Source of the DNA: the human T2T-CHM13v2.0 reference genome, Homo sapiens
NCBI RefSeq assembly: GCF_009914755.1
Contig: NC_060925.1
Length of the DNA stretch: 64,000 bases
Direction: 5' to 3' (one strand)
The position numbers and the translations under genes are program-made. The notes beneath the pieces were generated by a model that saw only the letters and a list, made by a program, of their open reading frames with translations, was not told where the DNA came from and made no database searches. This document shows positions 18,222-34,777 of the stretch, one piece after another (positions within the stretch are counted from its first letter, which is position 1; the number at the start of each line of letters is the position of its first letter).

Positions 18222-18579
18222 TTACATTAATGCAAAAACACTTACTGAGCTTCTACAGTGAATCAGATAGTATGTTATGAACATAGGATTCATAATTCCT
18301 GCCTCCATGGAGTACTTTCTAGTGGGGAAAAATATGTAAGCAGATAAGCACAAATAACTGTAGTTACAGTTGTAATAAATGCATTGGAGAACAACACAAC
18401 TGTTTTTTTAAATTTTTATTTATGCTTACCTTGTCTGATGGGTGGCTTTGTAGTCTTGAGATCTTAGGATGGGTGCTGGTCAGTTCTGAGTCCCTTTCCC
18501 TCTAGGGTCAAGTTTTATAGGAAGTTATCCATTGAGGCATGCTGGGCTAGAGTTCATTGTTCCTCAGCAAGGCTCTTCT

Positions 18580-20232
18580 GTTTTGTTTTTGTTTTTGTTT
18601 TACGGGGAGATGGAGTCTTACTCTGTCACTCAGGGTGAGGTGCAGTGGTCTCAGCTCACTGCAGCCACTGCCTCCCAGGTTCAAACCATTCTCCTGCCTC
18701 AGCCTCCCGAGTAGCTGAGATTACAGGCATGCACCACCACACCCAACTAATTTTTGTATTTTTAGTAGAGACAGGGTTTTCCCATGTTGGCCAGGCTGGT
18801 CTTGAACTCCTGATCTCAGGTGATCTGCCTGCCTCGCCCTCCCAAAGTGCTGAGATTACAGGGTGAGCCAACTGTGCCTGGCCAGGAAGGCTCTTCTTTT
18901 TGTGGTGCTATATTGCAGGACATTGGCATCTTGCTCCCCGGGTAATAAATGCCAGTAGCACTATAGAGTTGCTGTGACAACCAAAAAAGGCGCTTTCATA
19001 CATTTATTTCCAAACACTTCTCAGTGGTTGGTATTGCCCCGGTTGAATACTACTGGCTGTACTGTCAGGATTCTTGGAAGGAGCTTTGAACAAAATCCTC
19101 TGGGAGAACAGACTGAAAGTAGGTGGTGCTTGAGACTTGGACTGGCCAACCCTTTTGGTGTCTGACTTGTGTGTTCATGTTTTTTAAGTAGGTATTTTGA
19201 AACTGCTCTCAACCCCATTTTGCCATTTCTCCTATTGAGGGTGCAGAGAGAGAAGTATTGTGTGTGTGCTTTATGAACTGGCACTGTAACAAGCATTTCA
19301 CATACTTACCATTTGAACTGTTTTGTATCTTTGTTAAACAGTTTTTAATCCCTGTTTACAGATGGTTCTGGTGCTAAGAGATAAAGTGACTTGCTCAAAG
19401 TGGTGTGAAACTATACTTTTTTTTCTTTCTCAAAAAGTACAGCCTAAATTTATTTGATTGTCAGTTAACCTCTAGTTGATGACTTTGGACTTCTGGTCTT
19501 AAGTGTATGGGACAGACATTAATTGTTCTACAAATTTCCAAGCTCTACTGCCAGAAACTTAGCACTTGTGTAGGATGATGATAGCTGCCATTCTGGATGC
19601 TAGAGGATACAGCAGTGAATTAAACATACACAGGACATATAGATTGAACAAGATAAATAAGTGAATCATATATATAGTATGCTAGTGATACATGCTTGGG
19701 AGAAAAAGTTAATCAGGAACCAAGTATAGGAGTGTGCAGGGTTAAAATCTTAGAGGAGTTCACCAGGGAAGGCCACACTGAAGTGATATTTGACATGAAA
19801 GTGAGCTATACTAATATCTGGGTGAAGAAAGTATTCCAGGTAGAAGGATCTATGAATACAAAGGCTCTGAGGCTAGAGGATGCCCAGCTGATTTGAGGAA
19901 CAGTTTTTTTGTTTGTTTTTGTTGTTATTTATTTTTGTTGTTGTTGTTTCTGAGATGAAGTTTGCTCTGTTGCTCAGGCTGGAGTGCAAAGGTGCAATCT
20001 TGGCTCAACGCAACCTCCGCTTCCCAGGTTCAAGCAGTTCTCCTGCCTCAGCCTCCTGAGTAGCTGGGATTACAGGCATGCACCACCACGCCCAGCTAAT
20101 TTTTGTATTTTTAGTAGAGACGCGGTTTCTCCATGTTGGCCAGGCTGGTCTCGAACTCCCGACCTCAGGTGATCCACCTGCCTCCGCCTCCCAAAGTGCT
20201 GGGATTACAGGCGTGAGCCACCGCACCCAGCC
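18580..20232 (-). mobile_element. Two antisense Alus (~18580-18883 and ~19903-20232) with MIR/L2-like remnants between
   Basis: Alu consensus; TSD aaggctcttct for the first. Confidence 0.85.
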
Positions 20233-20371
20233 GTTGTTTTGTTCTTTATTTACTTTATTCGACCCTGAAGTGTGGTACTACTATCTGTTCTGTTGATAAG
20301 GAAACAGAGACAAAAGTTGAAGGCACTGCAGGGGCAGAGCTCTTAAGCCACTGCCTAGAACTGGCCATGTA

Positions 20372-21004
20372 CAATAGTCCTCCCTTATCTGTGCGGCGAT
20401 ATCTTCCAAGACCCCCAGTGGGTGCCTGAAAGTACCAGACCCTATATGTACAAATGCCCCTCGGTATCCGTAGGGGGTTGGTTCCAGGACTCCCTGAGGA
20501 TACTGAAATTTGTGGAATATATAAAATTGCATGGTATTTGCATATAAACCATTAATACGTACATTCTCCTGTATACGTTAAATCATCTCTAGATTACTTA
20601 TAATACCTCATACAACGTAGATATTATGTAAGTAGTTGTTATGCTATATTGTTTAGGGAATAATGACAAGAAAAAAAGTGTACACATTCAGTACAGGCAC
20701 AACCATCGTAGGCCTACTAACTACATTTTTGATCTGAGGCTGGCTGAATCTGTGGATGCAGAACCCATGGATACAAAGGTTTGACTGTACTTTGTTTTTC
20801 CTATACATGCATACCTATGATAAAGTTTAATTTATTAGGCATAGTAAGAGATTAACAATAACTAATGATAAAATACAACAGTTATGTGATTGTGGTCTCT
20901 CTCTTTCAAAATATCTTATTGTATGTAATGTTTTCAGATTGTGGTTGACCGTGGGTAACTGAAACCTTGGAAAGCAAAATCAAGGATAATGGGGGGTACT
21001 CCTG
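20372..21004. mobile_element. MER44-like (Tigger) DNA transposon with a MER2-like element (~20451-20787) nested inside
   Basis: Outer termini ta|caatagtcctcccttatc ... gataatggggggtactcctg|ta. Inner termini ta|caaatgcccctcggtatccgt ... atggatacaaaggtttgactg|ta. TA target sites. Confidence 0.72.
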
Positions 21005-21510
21005 TAGATCCAAAGCATTTCAGTTCAGCATTAATAGGGACAGGAATTGCCAGGCCACTAGAGTTTCACTTTCTCTTCTACATTCCCCTTTCCTTTCCTG
21101 CTTTTGGGCATAGGGGAGCATTTGTTTGTTTTGTATACATATCTCTTATCTCTGCCTACCTGAAATTTATATTCTAGTCAAGGATACAGATAGCAAACAA
21201 GATAAATAAGTAAAGCATTAGTATGTTACGATACTTGCCCAGGTGAACCAGAAAAATCTGAGACTGAGTATAGGAATTTGGGGAAGCTTGATTTTGGCTG
21301 AAAGTGCTGCTCATTTGGGAATCTGAGGTGCATTTCTAGCTTTTCTTTACTGGCCAGGCACTGCCCTCTTCAGACCATTGTTTGGCTAAGGAAAACGAAT
21401 GTACATCTGAATTCTAGAGACACTCTGTGCTGGAGATGGATTTGCACTATAACAGGCATTTCACATACTTATCGTTTGAACTGTCTCATATTTTTGTTAA
21501 ACAGTTTTTA

Positions 21511-22448
<938 letters not shown>

Positions 22449-22553
22449 GGTACAACCTTAATTTATTTGATTGTCAGTTAACCTTTGGGCATGTAGCCCA
22501 AATGCTCCCAGACTGGATACGAGACTCTCTTAAGATTAAAAATACAGATTCCT

Positions 22554-24575
<2,022 letters not shown>

Positions 24576-25194
24576 TAGTTGCAAACTAGTTGTTGATTCC
24601 TCTCTCACCAAAGGCAGATGGTCAGTTTGTTTAGAACTTGAATGAACTAGAATGAAGGAATTGTGAAGTAGAAAACTGAGTTATGGTTCCTAGGTTATGA
24701 ATGAAGAGAATCATAGGCTGAGTGGGTTTGATTCCCTGTGACAGGTGTTGGTATAATCTAATGAGATTTTTTTATTTTCCTGTCATCAGCTTGGCTTCAG
24801 GAAATCTTTAGTGTTGTCTCTGTTGAGGCCAAATAGGAGGTTAGAAATCTCTTATTGTCCTAGGTCATATAAAAAGTCATGTTTCCCCACTATTTAAAAC
24901 AAGATGAAGGTAGTCTCCTTATTTTAGGAGGCGGGGTCTAGGAGTAAAACTAAGACAAACATGTTTCTGGACAATTTCTCCTCAATTGGGGGCTAGGGGT
25001 TCTTGACTAGTCTTCAAAGAAGGTCTGAAATACTAGGGGATATAGAAAAGACAGGATAAGGGGCGTTAGATACAGTTGTCTGGCTGGGGAGAGAAGGGAC
25101 AATGAGAATGATTTATGCTGGTCATTTTATGTACCAGGGTACATAGGGTGATTTTTTTGGTGGAAGCCTAGTCTGTCCTAAGATATTACTCCTG

Positions 25195-26000
25195 AGATCT
25201 AAGTGAGCCACGTGCAGCTGGCAGGAAGCTGAAAGCTGTTGGTTGGGAGAGGCCTTAATTTTTACACTTGCCCCTGCCTGGAATGCCCTATCACAGGGGA
25301 GGGTCCCATACTGGAACTGGATCAACAGCTGTCGCCTGTCCCTGGAATCACAGGAAGCGGAGGACGGGGTGCCTTTGTATAGGGAGCTCTGAAGCCAGAC
25401 AATAGTTTGTGCTGGCGGGGCCATGTGGCGAGTCATGTGACCTGGGGCTGTTTTCTGCTGGGGTCCTTACCCATCTGTTCTCTCGGCTCTTTCTGGGTTA
25501 TCAGGCGCCAGTCCAAGTCCTCCCAGGCAGCCAGCTTCATGGCCAGAGATTACGAGCACTAACCTTCCTGGCAGGGGCGGTGTGGCTTCGAGTTTATGCA
25601 GATTAGCCATGTGTTTCTCACTTCAAGGCGTTCCACAGGAAAAGCCTTTTCCTGTGTTTGGCTCTCAGTGGGCGGTTCCCAGCTTACTGTACTGGGACTC
25701 AGCAAGCAGCAGGCATGCACCAGAGGGATCACAGTACACTGGCCCCCCTCTCCATTCCACCTCCAATGCTACGTCACCACAACACAACCACTCGCGCTCT
25801 CATACTGTTGGTGTCATTCATTCGGTGCCAAGATTGCTTTAAAAAATTCCCTTGGCCCCAGTTCAAACAGGAGTACAGCTGGGATGTGTTAGATTTTAGG
25901 CAGTCTGCCCTCAATTTGAGATGAGTTATAAATAGCAGTGCCGACTTCCTTAACTACCGCTCTCTGAGGTAAAATGCAGGTTAATTACTGTGGGAATCAA
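25195..26000. promoter_or_regulatory. Candidate intronic enhancer or alternative promoter
   Basis: Repeat-free, locally GC/CpG-richer. CACGTG+CAGCTG+CAGGAAG at 25209-25228, GTCATGTGAC at 25432-25441, GGGGCGG at 25574-25580, TTATAAATAG at 25926-25935. Confidence 0.5.
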
Positions 26001-27810
26001 TTAGGGGGGTTCTTTTGGTTAAAGAGCCAGGGATGCATTTTTTTAATTATTATTATTAAAAGTCATATAACAAATCTAGCCAGGAATAAATTGAAAGCAC
26101 AAGGAGTAATAATACTTAAATGTCCAAAAGCCAAGGTTATAGCTCTAGGTTTACACTAGCCCCAACTAGTTAGCATTTAGGATGATAAAATGAGTAGTGG
26201 TCAAGACTTCTCCTCTCTGATGGACACCTTTTTGGCAGCTCCTGGCCCAACCCTCTCTGTTCTTATTCTTGCTGGCCCTTGGCACTGTTGAGTACTAAAT
26301 TTAGCTCCTTAGGGTTGCCGCCTGGTCACTTCTTTCTATTTCCTTGGATTGGAACTGGAGCTTTCCTCAGTTGGACTTTTATTTAAATAAAATTATGAAG
26401 TTTCTCTTTCCTGGTGCCACTGCCACGGGTGGTACATTTTTGTGAATGGTATATCTCTGCTTAGAAGTTTTGAGTTCTTGGCTCTGTCTTCTCTGCTCTC
26501 TCCTCGGTCATGGTCAGATGGAGAATTTGCAGCTATTTTAATCTGTGAGTTTCACAAAGTGGTTACTTTGGGTTATAAGACATTCAGCCCAGGTCTACCT
26601 TAAAAGTCTAGTCTGTTATTTCAGCCGTTTTTGGGGGTCATTTTGGTTTTCCTTGATGCAATAAGAAGTTGTAAGAGGTTCCAGTAGCCAGCTAGTCTGG
26701 AGGGTCTTGTAATTCTATTGGCTTGGAGCAGGGGAACTCCCTATGCAAGGGGTCTGTCTGCTAGCTGTTTGTTCTGAATATATTCGGAAGGACAAGCTGC
26801 TAGGCATCCTTGCCTTTGATGCCCCTAAACTGCATCTTTTGATACATTTCATTTGGCAGGCAGTTTATAACATGGCCAGTGATCTGGAAGGAGGTGGTAA
26901 GTGGTAGATGGAGATGAGGAGTTTTCTTATGGCTCTTTCCCCCTTTTTTATTTTTATTTTTTATGAATGCAGGAGAGTATATAGCAGGGGGCCCGACTTT
27001 GCTGATCAAGGGGCAGCATTTTCCTCTCAATTATGTGTCTCTGTGGCAGAGCCTTTGCTTTTGAAGTGTAATCACAGTAATCTACTCCTGTGGTTTCCCA
27101 TTGAAAGGATTTCCTCTGTCTTTCCCAGAGTGGAATCTCTGGCTTTTTGCAGCTAGGGTTTGGAGTTTCCATCCCCTGCCTTGTGCCTGCAGACTGCTGA
27201 TACTGGCTTTTGTATCTTGCATGTAGGGATTTTTCTGGTCTGAAATTGCTACTTTCCAATAAAACTGATTAGTGAATATTTAAGGCCCCTTCTCTGTTAC
27301 GAGAGATTGGGAGATGGCATTTCATCTGTAACTGCAAATCACAAATATTTCACGATGGTTTTAAATGTCATAAGTGTGAGTTATGTCCCTGCTCACCTCC
27401 CCTTCTGATTTGAGCAGATGTCTAACTTTTACATGAGATCAGAATAATCTGATTGTTTGAACTGAATATATATTTAGTTTGCCAAATAAGCTGCATATTC
27501 TGTTGATCATAAGCCTTTTGTGATGGGAGGGAGTCAAAAATCTGACGACCAGAAAAAGAAAGCATATTAATTTTATTTTTAGAATAAAAATTTCTTTGAT
27601 GTACATTTATTTTTGGTCTACAAAGATTTCCTAAAGTTGAGGTGGGACATTCCTTGAACCCTTTATAGCCCCCATGTAAGTAGCTGTACTCAATTGGGAG
27701 CGCAGGCCTCCGTGTGAGAGAGGAAAAGGTGACTTGTCCTTAGCCTTTTGTTTTTAAGCAGTGTATATGAGGATGCCCCTGCAGTTCTGAAATTCTCTCT
27801 GGTATAAACC

Positions 27811-28432
27811 TTTTTTTTTTTTTTTTTTTTGAGACAGAGTCCCACTCTGTTGCCCAGGCTGGAGTGCGGTGGCACAATCTCCGCTCGCTGCAGCTTCTGC
27901 CTTCTGGGTTTAAGTGGTTCACCTGCCTCAGCCTGCTGAGTAGCTGGGATTAACAGGCGTGCGCCACCACGTCCGGCTAATTTTTGTATTTTAGTAGAGA
28001 CGGGGTTTCACCATATTGGCCAGGCTGGTCTGGAACTCCTGACCTCAAGTGATTCACCTGCCTCAGTCTTCCAAAATGTTGGGATTTACAGGCATGAGTC
28101 ACTGCGCCCAGCCTTGGGTTTGTTTTTTTTTGTTTTTTTTTTTTTTTTGAGACAGACTCTTGCTCTGCTGCCCAGGATGGAGTGCAGTGGCTCGATCTCG
28201 GCTCGCTTCAGTCTTCGCCTCCCAGGTTCAAGTGATTCTCATACCTCAGCCTCCCGAGTAGCTGGGACTTATAGGCATGTGCCGCCACACCCAGCTAATT
28301 TTTGTGTTTTTAGTAGAGATGAGGTTTTGCTATGTTAGGCAGGCTTGTCTCCCAACTCCTGGCCTCAAGTGATCCACCTGCCTTGGCCTCCCAAAGTGCT
28401 GGGATTACAGGCGTGAGACACTGCGCCCAGCC
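27811..28432 (-). mobile_element. Two tandem antisense Alus; the last Alus before exon 2
   Basis: poly(T)+Alu at 27811-28113 and ~28118-28432. Confidence 0.92.
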
Positions 28433-29319
28433 AGGTTATTCTTAAAGTGTGCTTGTTCTCCCTTGAATATTCTCATCCTTCTTTCTCATCTTTCACTTCA
28501 GTCCAACTTTTTTTCTACCTTCAAAGTCATAACCCCTGTGTTAGGGTTAGATTTAGGCTATGACCCTGGCTTTATGGCTAGATAGTTTGATTTGGGCTTT
28601 GTCCCCATAGTGTCTCCTACCCTTTTTTGGAATAGGACAGCATTGCACATTGAACAGTCACTGAGCCCAAGCTCTGTACTTTGGTATTTGGGAGAGCTTT
28701 GAAGATAAAACACCTGATCTCTGGCTTCCCAGAAGTTAGTCTTGAGAAATGCAATCAGTTAGTTGGAATAGTTAGCTGCAACTAAGTGTTAAATCTTAGG
28801 ATGCTAACTGGATTTACAATAGGGCATTTAGAAATGTTAGAGATCAAAGTGTACTGAAGATATGGGAAGTGGCTTCATTTTGAAAGGTCAAGTTTCTGTT
28901 ACTAGAAGCCACTGTGGACAGGAGGGCAGGGCAGGATGCCATTGCATAGAGCTGGGCATGTACAGTATGTGGGGAATCTTGGAGTGAGACTGAAAAAATG
29001 TGGAAAACTGGTTCACATTGTAGAGGGCTTTAGAGCCAGGTAAAAGCACTGTTTTATCATTACTGATAATCGCTACCATTTATTGGACATTTAAATACCA
29101 GGCACTGTGTGAAGTGTGTTATGTGCATTTAAAGAACTGATGTGTTCAAGGTAGGATGGTGAGAGAGGTAGGATTTGGACCCAAGTCTATCAAATTACTA
29201 CACTACCCTCTATGTAATAATACTGTGCAGGATTTAGTAGTTAGGAAGTTTGGAACTATTATTGACCAGGGAGTGGTGGAAGTGATTTGGGAACAGCATT
29301 GTCCTAGAACTGCTCTAAC

Positions 29320-29645
29320 ATAATAAGCCACTAGCCACATGTAGTTATGTGAATTTAAATTAATTAAATGTAAATAAAAATAAAAATTTAGTTCCTTTGT
29401 CATATTTCAAGTGTTGAATAGTTACCCATCACAGAAAATGTTATTGGCCAGTGCTTCTCTAGATCACTGGTTCTTAGCTAATAGTATACACCAGACTCAT
29501 TCAAAGATCTTAAGGAGGTTGGAGAAGAGCACAAGCCCTTCCAGACCCAGTAAATTGGAATCTCTAGGGAGAGGCCTAGCCATTTGTGAAGCTTCACAGA
29601 AAATTCTAATCTGCAGCCCTGGTTAATAGCTACTGCTCTAGAAGC
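29320..29645. mobile_element. MER3/MER33-like and MER5-like hAT remnants
   Basis: agccactagccacatgt...aattaattaaa...catatttcaagtg, then cactggttctt...aaattggaatctctaggg. Confidence 0.55.
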
Positions 29646-31608
29646 TCTATAGTAACCATGGTAATGACTGCCCCTCATGTTGTGGGGAGACCTAGACTGA
29701 CAGAGATACCCAGAGCAGGCTGATCTCTTTGTTCAACAAAATAGTCTCTCCAGTTGGAGGCCACATGGACAGCAGCTGCAGTCTGTGATGAGATGAGGAC
29801 CTCAGTGTGATATGTGGCATGATATGGCCATGTAAGCCCCCAAGCTCTTTACAGGGGAGAATGGTGATGTTTTGGCTCCATTGCCAGGTGTATTGGGGAG
29901 GACCGTATGCTATTTATTAATTGTTGTTAAATTCGAACTTCCTAAGTAACCCTAAAATCTATGTAGCTCTAAAATTATGATAGGGAACATTATTGGAGCT
30001 TCTGATATGGATGAAAGACTTGGGCAAAAATTGTTTAGTTAGGATTGTTGGCAACAGTACTTTAATAATATTGACATGTAGTAGTGATTTGGGACACAGT
30101 TTTACTATGACTTTGTACAGTTTAGAAACATGGGGGAGGAGTATTCCCATCATCACTCACCAATTTAGCTGAGATTTCAGATATAGCCTAAGAAATAACT
30201 CTGCTTCTCTTTTTTCCCTTTGATATTAAGAAGAACAGCCTCTGTGGCTTATTGTCTTACCTGTTTTCTTTCATGAAAGCTCTACTTCCTCTACTATAAA
30301 ACACTTAATAGCATTATTAAAAAACAAACACGTACAGAGAACGAATTGTTTGGATCTCCCCTTCCTTTATTTTGGAGGTTTTGTTGTTGTTTAAGGTCTT
30401 AACAGCTTAAATTATAGAATAGCTTATTAATTATTGAATAATAGAACTGGAAGGAACCCTAGGGATAACCTAGACCAGTCCTGGGAGGTGGGTTCTAGCA
30501 GTCTGTTTTAACAAGCCTTTCAAGTGATTCTGATGCATGCTAAAATCAATGAACCACTGAACTCCTTCATGTGACGGTTAATGATAGGCCTAGAGTATCA
30601 GTATCTATTTCACCCCCAATGTAAGAGCTAGTTTTTAAGTTTTATATCAGACCCATGCCTACTCTCCATCTTGTGTGTGTCTTAAAGGTGCTTAGAGAAA
30701 CTTCCCCCTCCCCGCACACCACCAATAGATATAGGTAGATATTTCTGGCAGGGGAAAGTGTGCTCTGGAGTGCCAGTAGGATAAAGGCATATCAAAAAGT
30801 GAATGAGCTGGTTGAACCTGTTGCTCCACAAAGAGCTGGAAAGAAAGCTGTTGCATCAAATACCTGTGAATTGAATTTTGAGCTTTCATTATTGGTGCTA
30901 GCTGTACCTCTCTGTCTTCTTGCTCTTTTTTTTTTAACTTCCATGACAGCCTACCATTGAATCTTCTTGTCTCTCAAAGAGATAAAAGTTCTGTTCTTCT
31001 TATATCTTCAAACTCTTGAATATTAAAGGAAATGAGCTTTTCAGTTGAGATGCACAAGACTCTTAATTCAGAGTTCCCATTCCCTCAACTGTCACTTAGC
31101 TGCTTTGCTTATTTGGAAGAAAGCATAAATTTAACTGTGCCATAGTGCAAACAGGCTATAGATGTGTAAGGGGAGTTTCCACTATTGGAAGAATAGAAAC
31201 ATCTAGATGTTTGTGTATTTGAATTCCCCGTCATGGTATTGAAGCATCAATTTTGGTGTGTAACAAGGTGATGGCAGTGCATAGCAGCACCGTCCTCTAC
31301 CAACTGAAGGGCCTTTGTTTATACCCGGCCTGTCCCTTGGATCTCAAGCAGTACCACAGTTACAAAGTAGTTTTTAGCTTACAAGGTGTTTTCACAAATA
31401 GGTGGTATTTTCATTTTTCAAATGACAAAATTAGGGTTCTGAGGCGGGTCAGTTGACTTAAAGGTTACTAGGTTGGTCTCATTGCTCTTTCAAAGTAACT
31501 GTATTTCTTTATAGCATACAGACTAAAAAAACCTGTGTACTTGGGTTATATATTCAGTGGCCAGAGGCCATCAAAGCTCAGGTTAATGAAATGCTCTTTA
31601 TTTTGTAG

Positions 31609-31875
<267 letters not shown>

Positions 31876-33037
31876 TGAGCTATAGAATCAGAATGTATCC
31901 TTGGCTTCCAAGCCTCTTGACAGGAATGTAGACCTGTTGGCTCAGTTAATTACAGAGTGCTACTAACAAAGCCAAAGCTATAGGCACCGTTCCATGTGTG
32001 CTCCAAGGAAAACTACTTACTCCCTGGTCACAGGTACGTATCTCTTTTTCTCTTGACCTGACTGGCCAGCTTATACCTAGTGAGTGGTCATCTCTGAATG
32101 AGATGGGATGAAAGGCAGTGGCTGAACATGTAGGCACTGCTACTATTAGGAAAACCATTCATATCATGTGCCCTGGTGACGGAAGAGGCCCTTTATGCTT
32201 CTGAATACCTTTAACATATCTGCCTTCTGGTTCAAAATGAATGTGACTGGGAGTAGAAGAAAAGGGGAAGATTAAACAGAAAAGATGTTAACAGCATTGA
32301 TACAAATGTTAAGATTTCCCCTTATCCATCTCTTTTTGTCGAACCATTCACATCATTATCTCTTTATTGTCATTTTTGTATTGACAAAGTTTTCTATCAT
32401 TTATCTTTGAGTGATACTCATACTGAAAATAGGGAGAGAATATAAAACAAATTTTACTTCTAAGACTTTAAAGCAAAGTACGCCTTTAATATAGAAAATT
32501 GTCTCTTTTTTCCAATAGAGGAGAGATGAGGTAATTTTATTTATTTTTTTTATTTTTTTGCCTGCTTACTAAATATATCCCCAGTGCCTAAAATAGTGCC
32601 TGGTACAAGTAATTGAGTAGGCTGTCAAATATTTTTTTTGAATGAAAACTAAATGAAAGAGAGAACCAAAGTAGCTTAGTGATTTTCACACTGTCTGAAT
32701 TACTAAACCTTAGGTTTTCAGTTGGTTGAGCCAGGCTGCTATTGACTATTCATTGTGGTTAGGGTACAGATTCCTAACACTTATAAAAACAGTCTAGGCC
32801 GTGATAAAAAGAGTTAGGCTCACTGGTAGAAACAGCTGCTCTCAAACTTATGTTGCCCAAATAGTAAATAGTGTAAATTTTCAGTGGATAAATGTAGTCC
32901 ACTTGTAAACAAACCACCTAAAAACCCAGCTTGGCCGTCCTTCCTGGCTCAGTTTAGGCAGGGTGAGAGAAAAACCCTGGGCCTCCTAAGTATGAGGCCT
33001 TGCATGCTTGCTTTCTATACTCATCATCAGTGCATAG

Positions 33038-33619
<582 letters not shown>

Positions 33620-33835
33620 TAGTGTCATGAGAACTTTGCTGTACAGAGTGGTTCTCTAACGTGCACTTAAAGACCAATTAAACTCTGGGTAAACATGATA
33701 ACTGGATTGATTGAACTAATAAAGGCATAACCTCCTTAACTGCATAAAGACCTGTAGCTCTCCTTAATGATGAAGAAATAGGGCAATGGAAAGTTGCATA
33801 GATGGATAAGAAATTAAAGATAATGGGACTGGTTT

Positions 33836-33864
33836 TTTTATTTTATTTTATTTTATTTTATTTT
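33836..33864. repeat. (TTTTA)n simple repeat in intron 3
   Basis: Direct reading. Confidence 0.9.
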
Positions 33865-34633
33865 GTAAATCAACATCAGAACTTCAGCATCTAAGTGAGT
33901 TGGTCTTTTTTCAAAACAGTCACTTTGAGAGGCAGTACTGTACATTCACTCCAACTGCCATTCCATTCTGCTATCGCTCAAAATACTTGGATCCCTTCAT
34001 TTGGAATTGCCACCAGAGCTGATACCACATTCTTTAGAATACTCTCAGTGGTGGCAAATCTTATTTTTTGTGGGTGGATTTTGTTTGGGGAAATAGCAAA
34101 AATTCATTTGGAGTTATGTCTGGTGAACAAGATGTAGGTAATAGAGCCTAAAATAGCATTTGGGGCTTTATTTTTGTAGAGCCCAAAGAAAAGAGATGAC
34201 TGAGTGATGACAGGTCCACTAAAAAGTTTATGTATTGGTGGCACTGTTGGAATAAATATCTCATCCCAAGGTGATGTCTTTGAATGAAGCAGTACTCATT
34301 TTAATGCAGAGGTTCTAGCATGATTTTTTTGTGGTTTCATTGGTCTCATTCCTTGATAGATTTAACTTGAAGTTGGCCAGACATTAGCATTTAACCCCAA
34401 GAAACAGCCCTCTGTAGGCAGCAATAAATGGGTGACAATTCTGTCAGAAAGAGTCCACTGTTGACATTCTTACCAGTCACAGCTTGGATTTTTCTGGCCT
34501 TCACATAATACTTTTCGCAACTGGACTTTCTCTCACACTCATGAGAGACAGTCCCATAACCCTTTCACAGTGAAGTAAGCCTGCCTGGTTTATCAATACC
34601 AGGCCATCACAGCTTTTGTTTTTCTTGTTGTAG

Positions 34634-34777
<144 letters not shown>

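Noticed and set aside
25567-25580. cctggcaggggcgg as a CTCF site
   Set aside because: Poor alignment to the CTCF core; kept only as a GC box.
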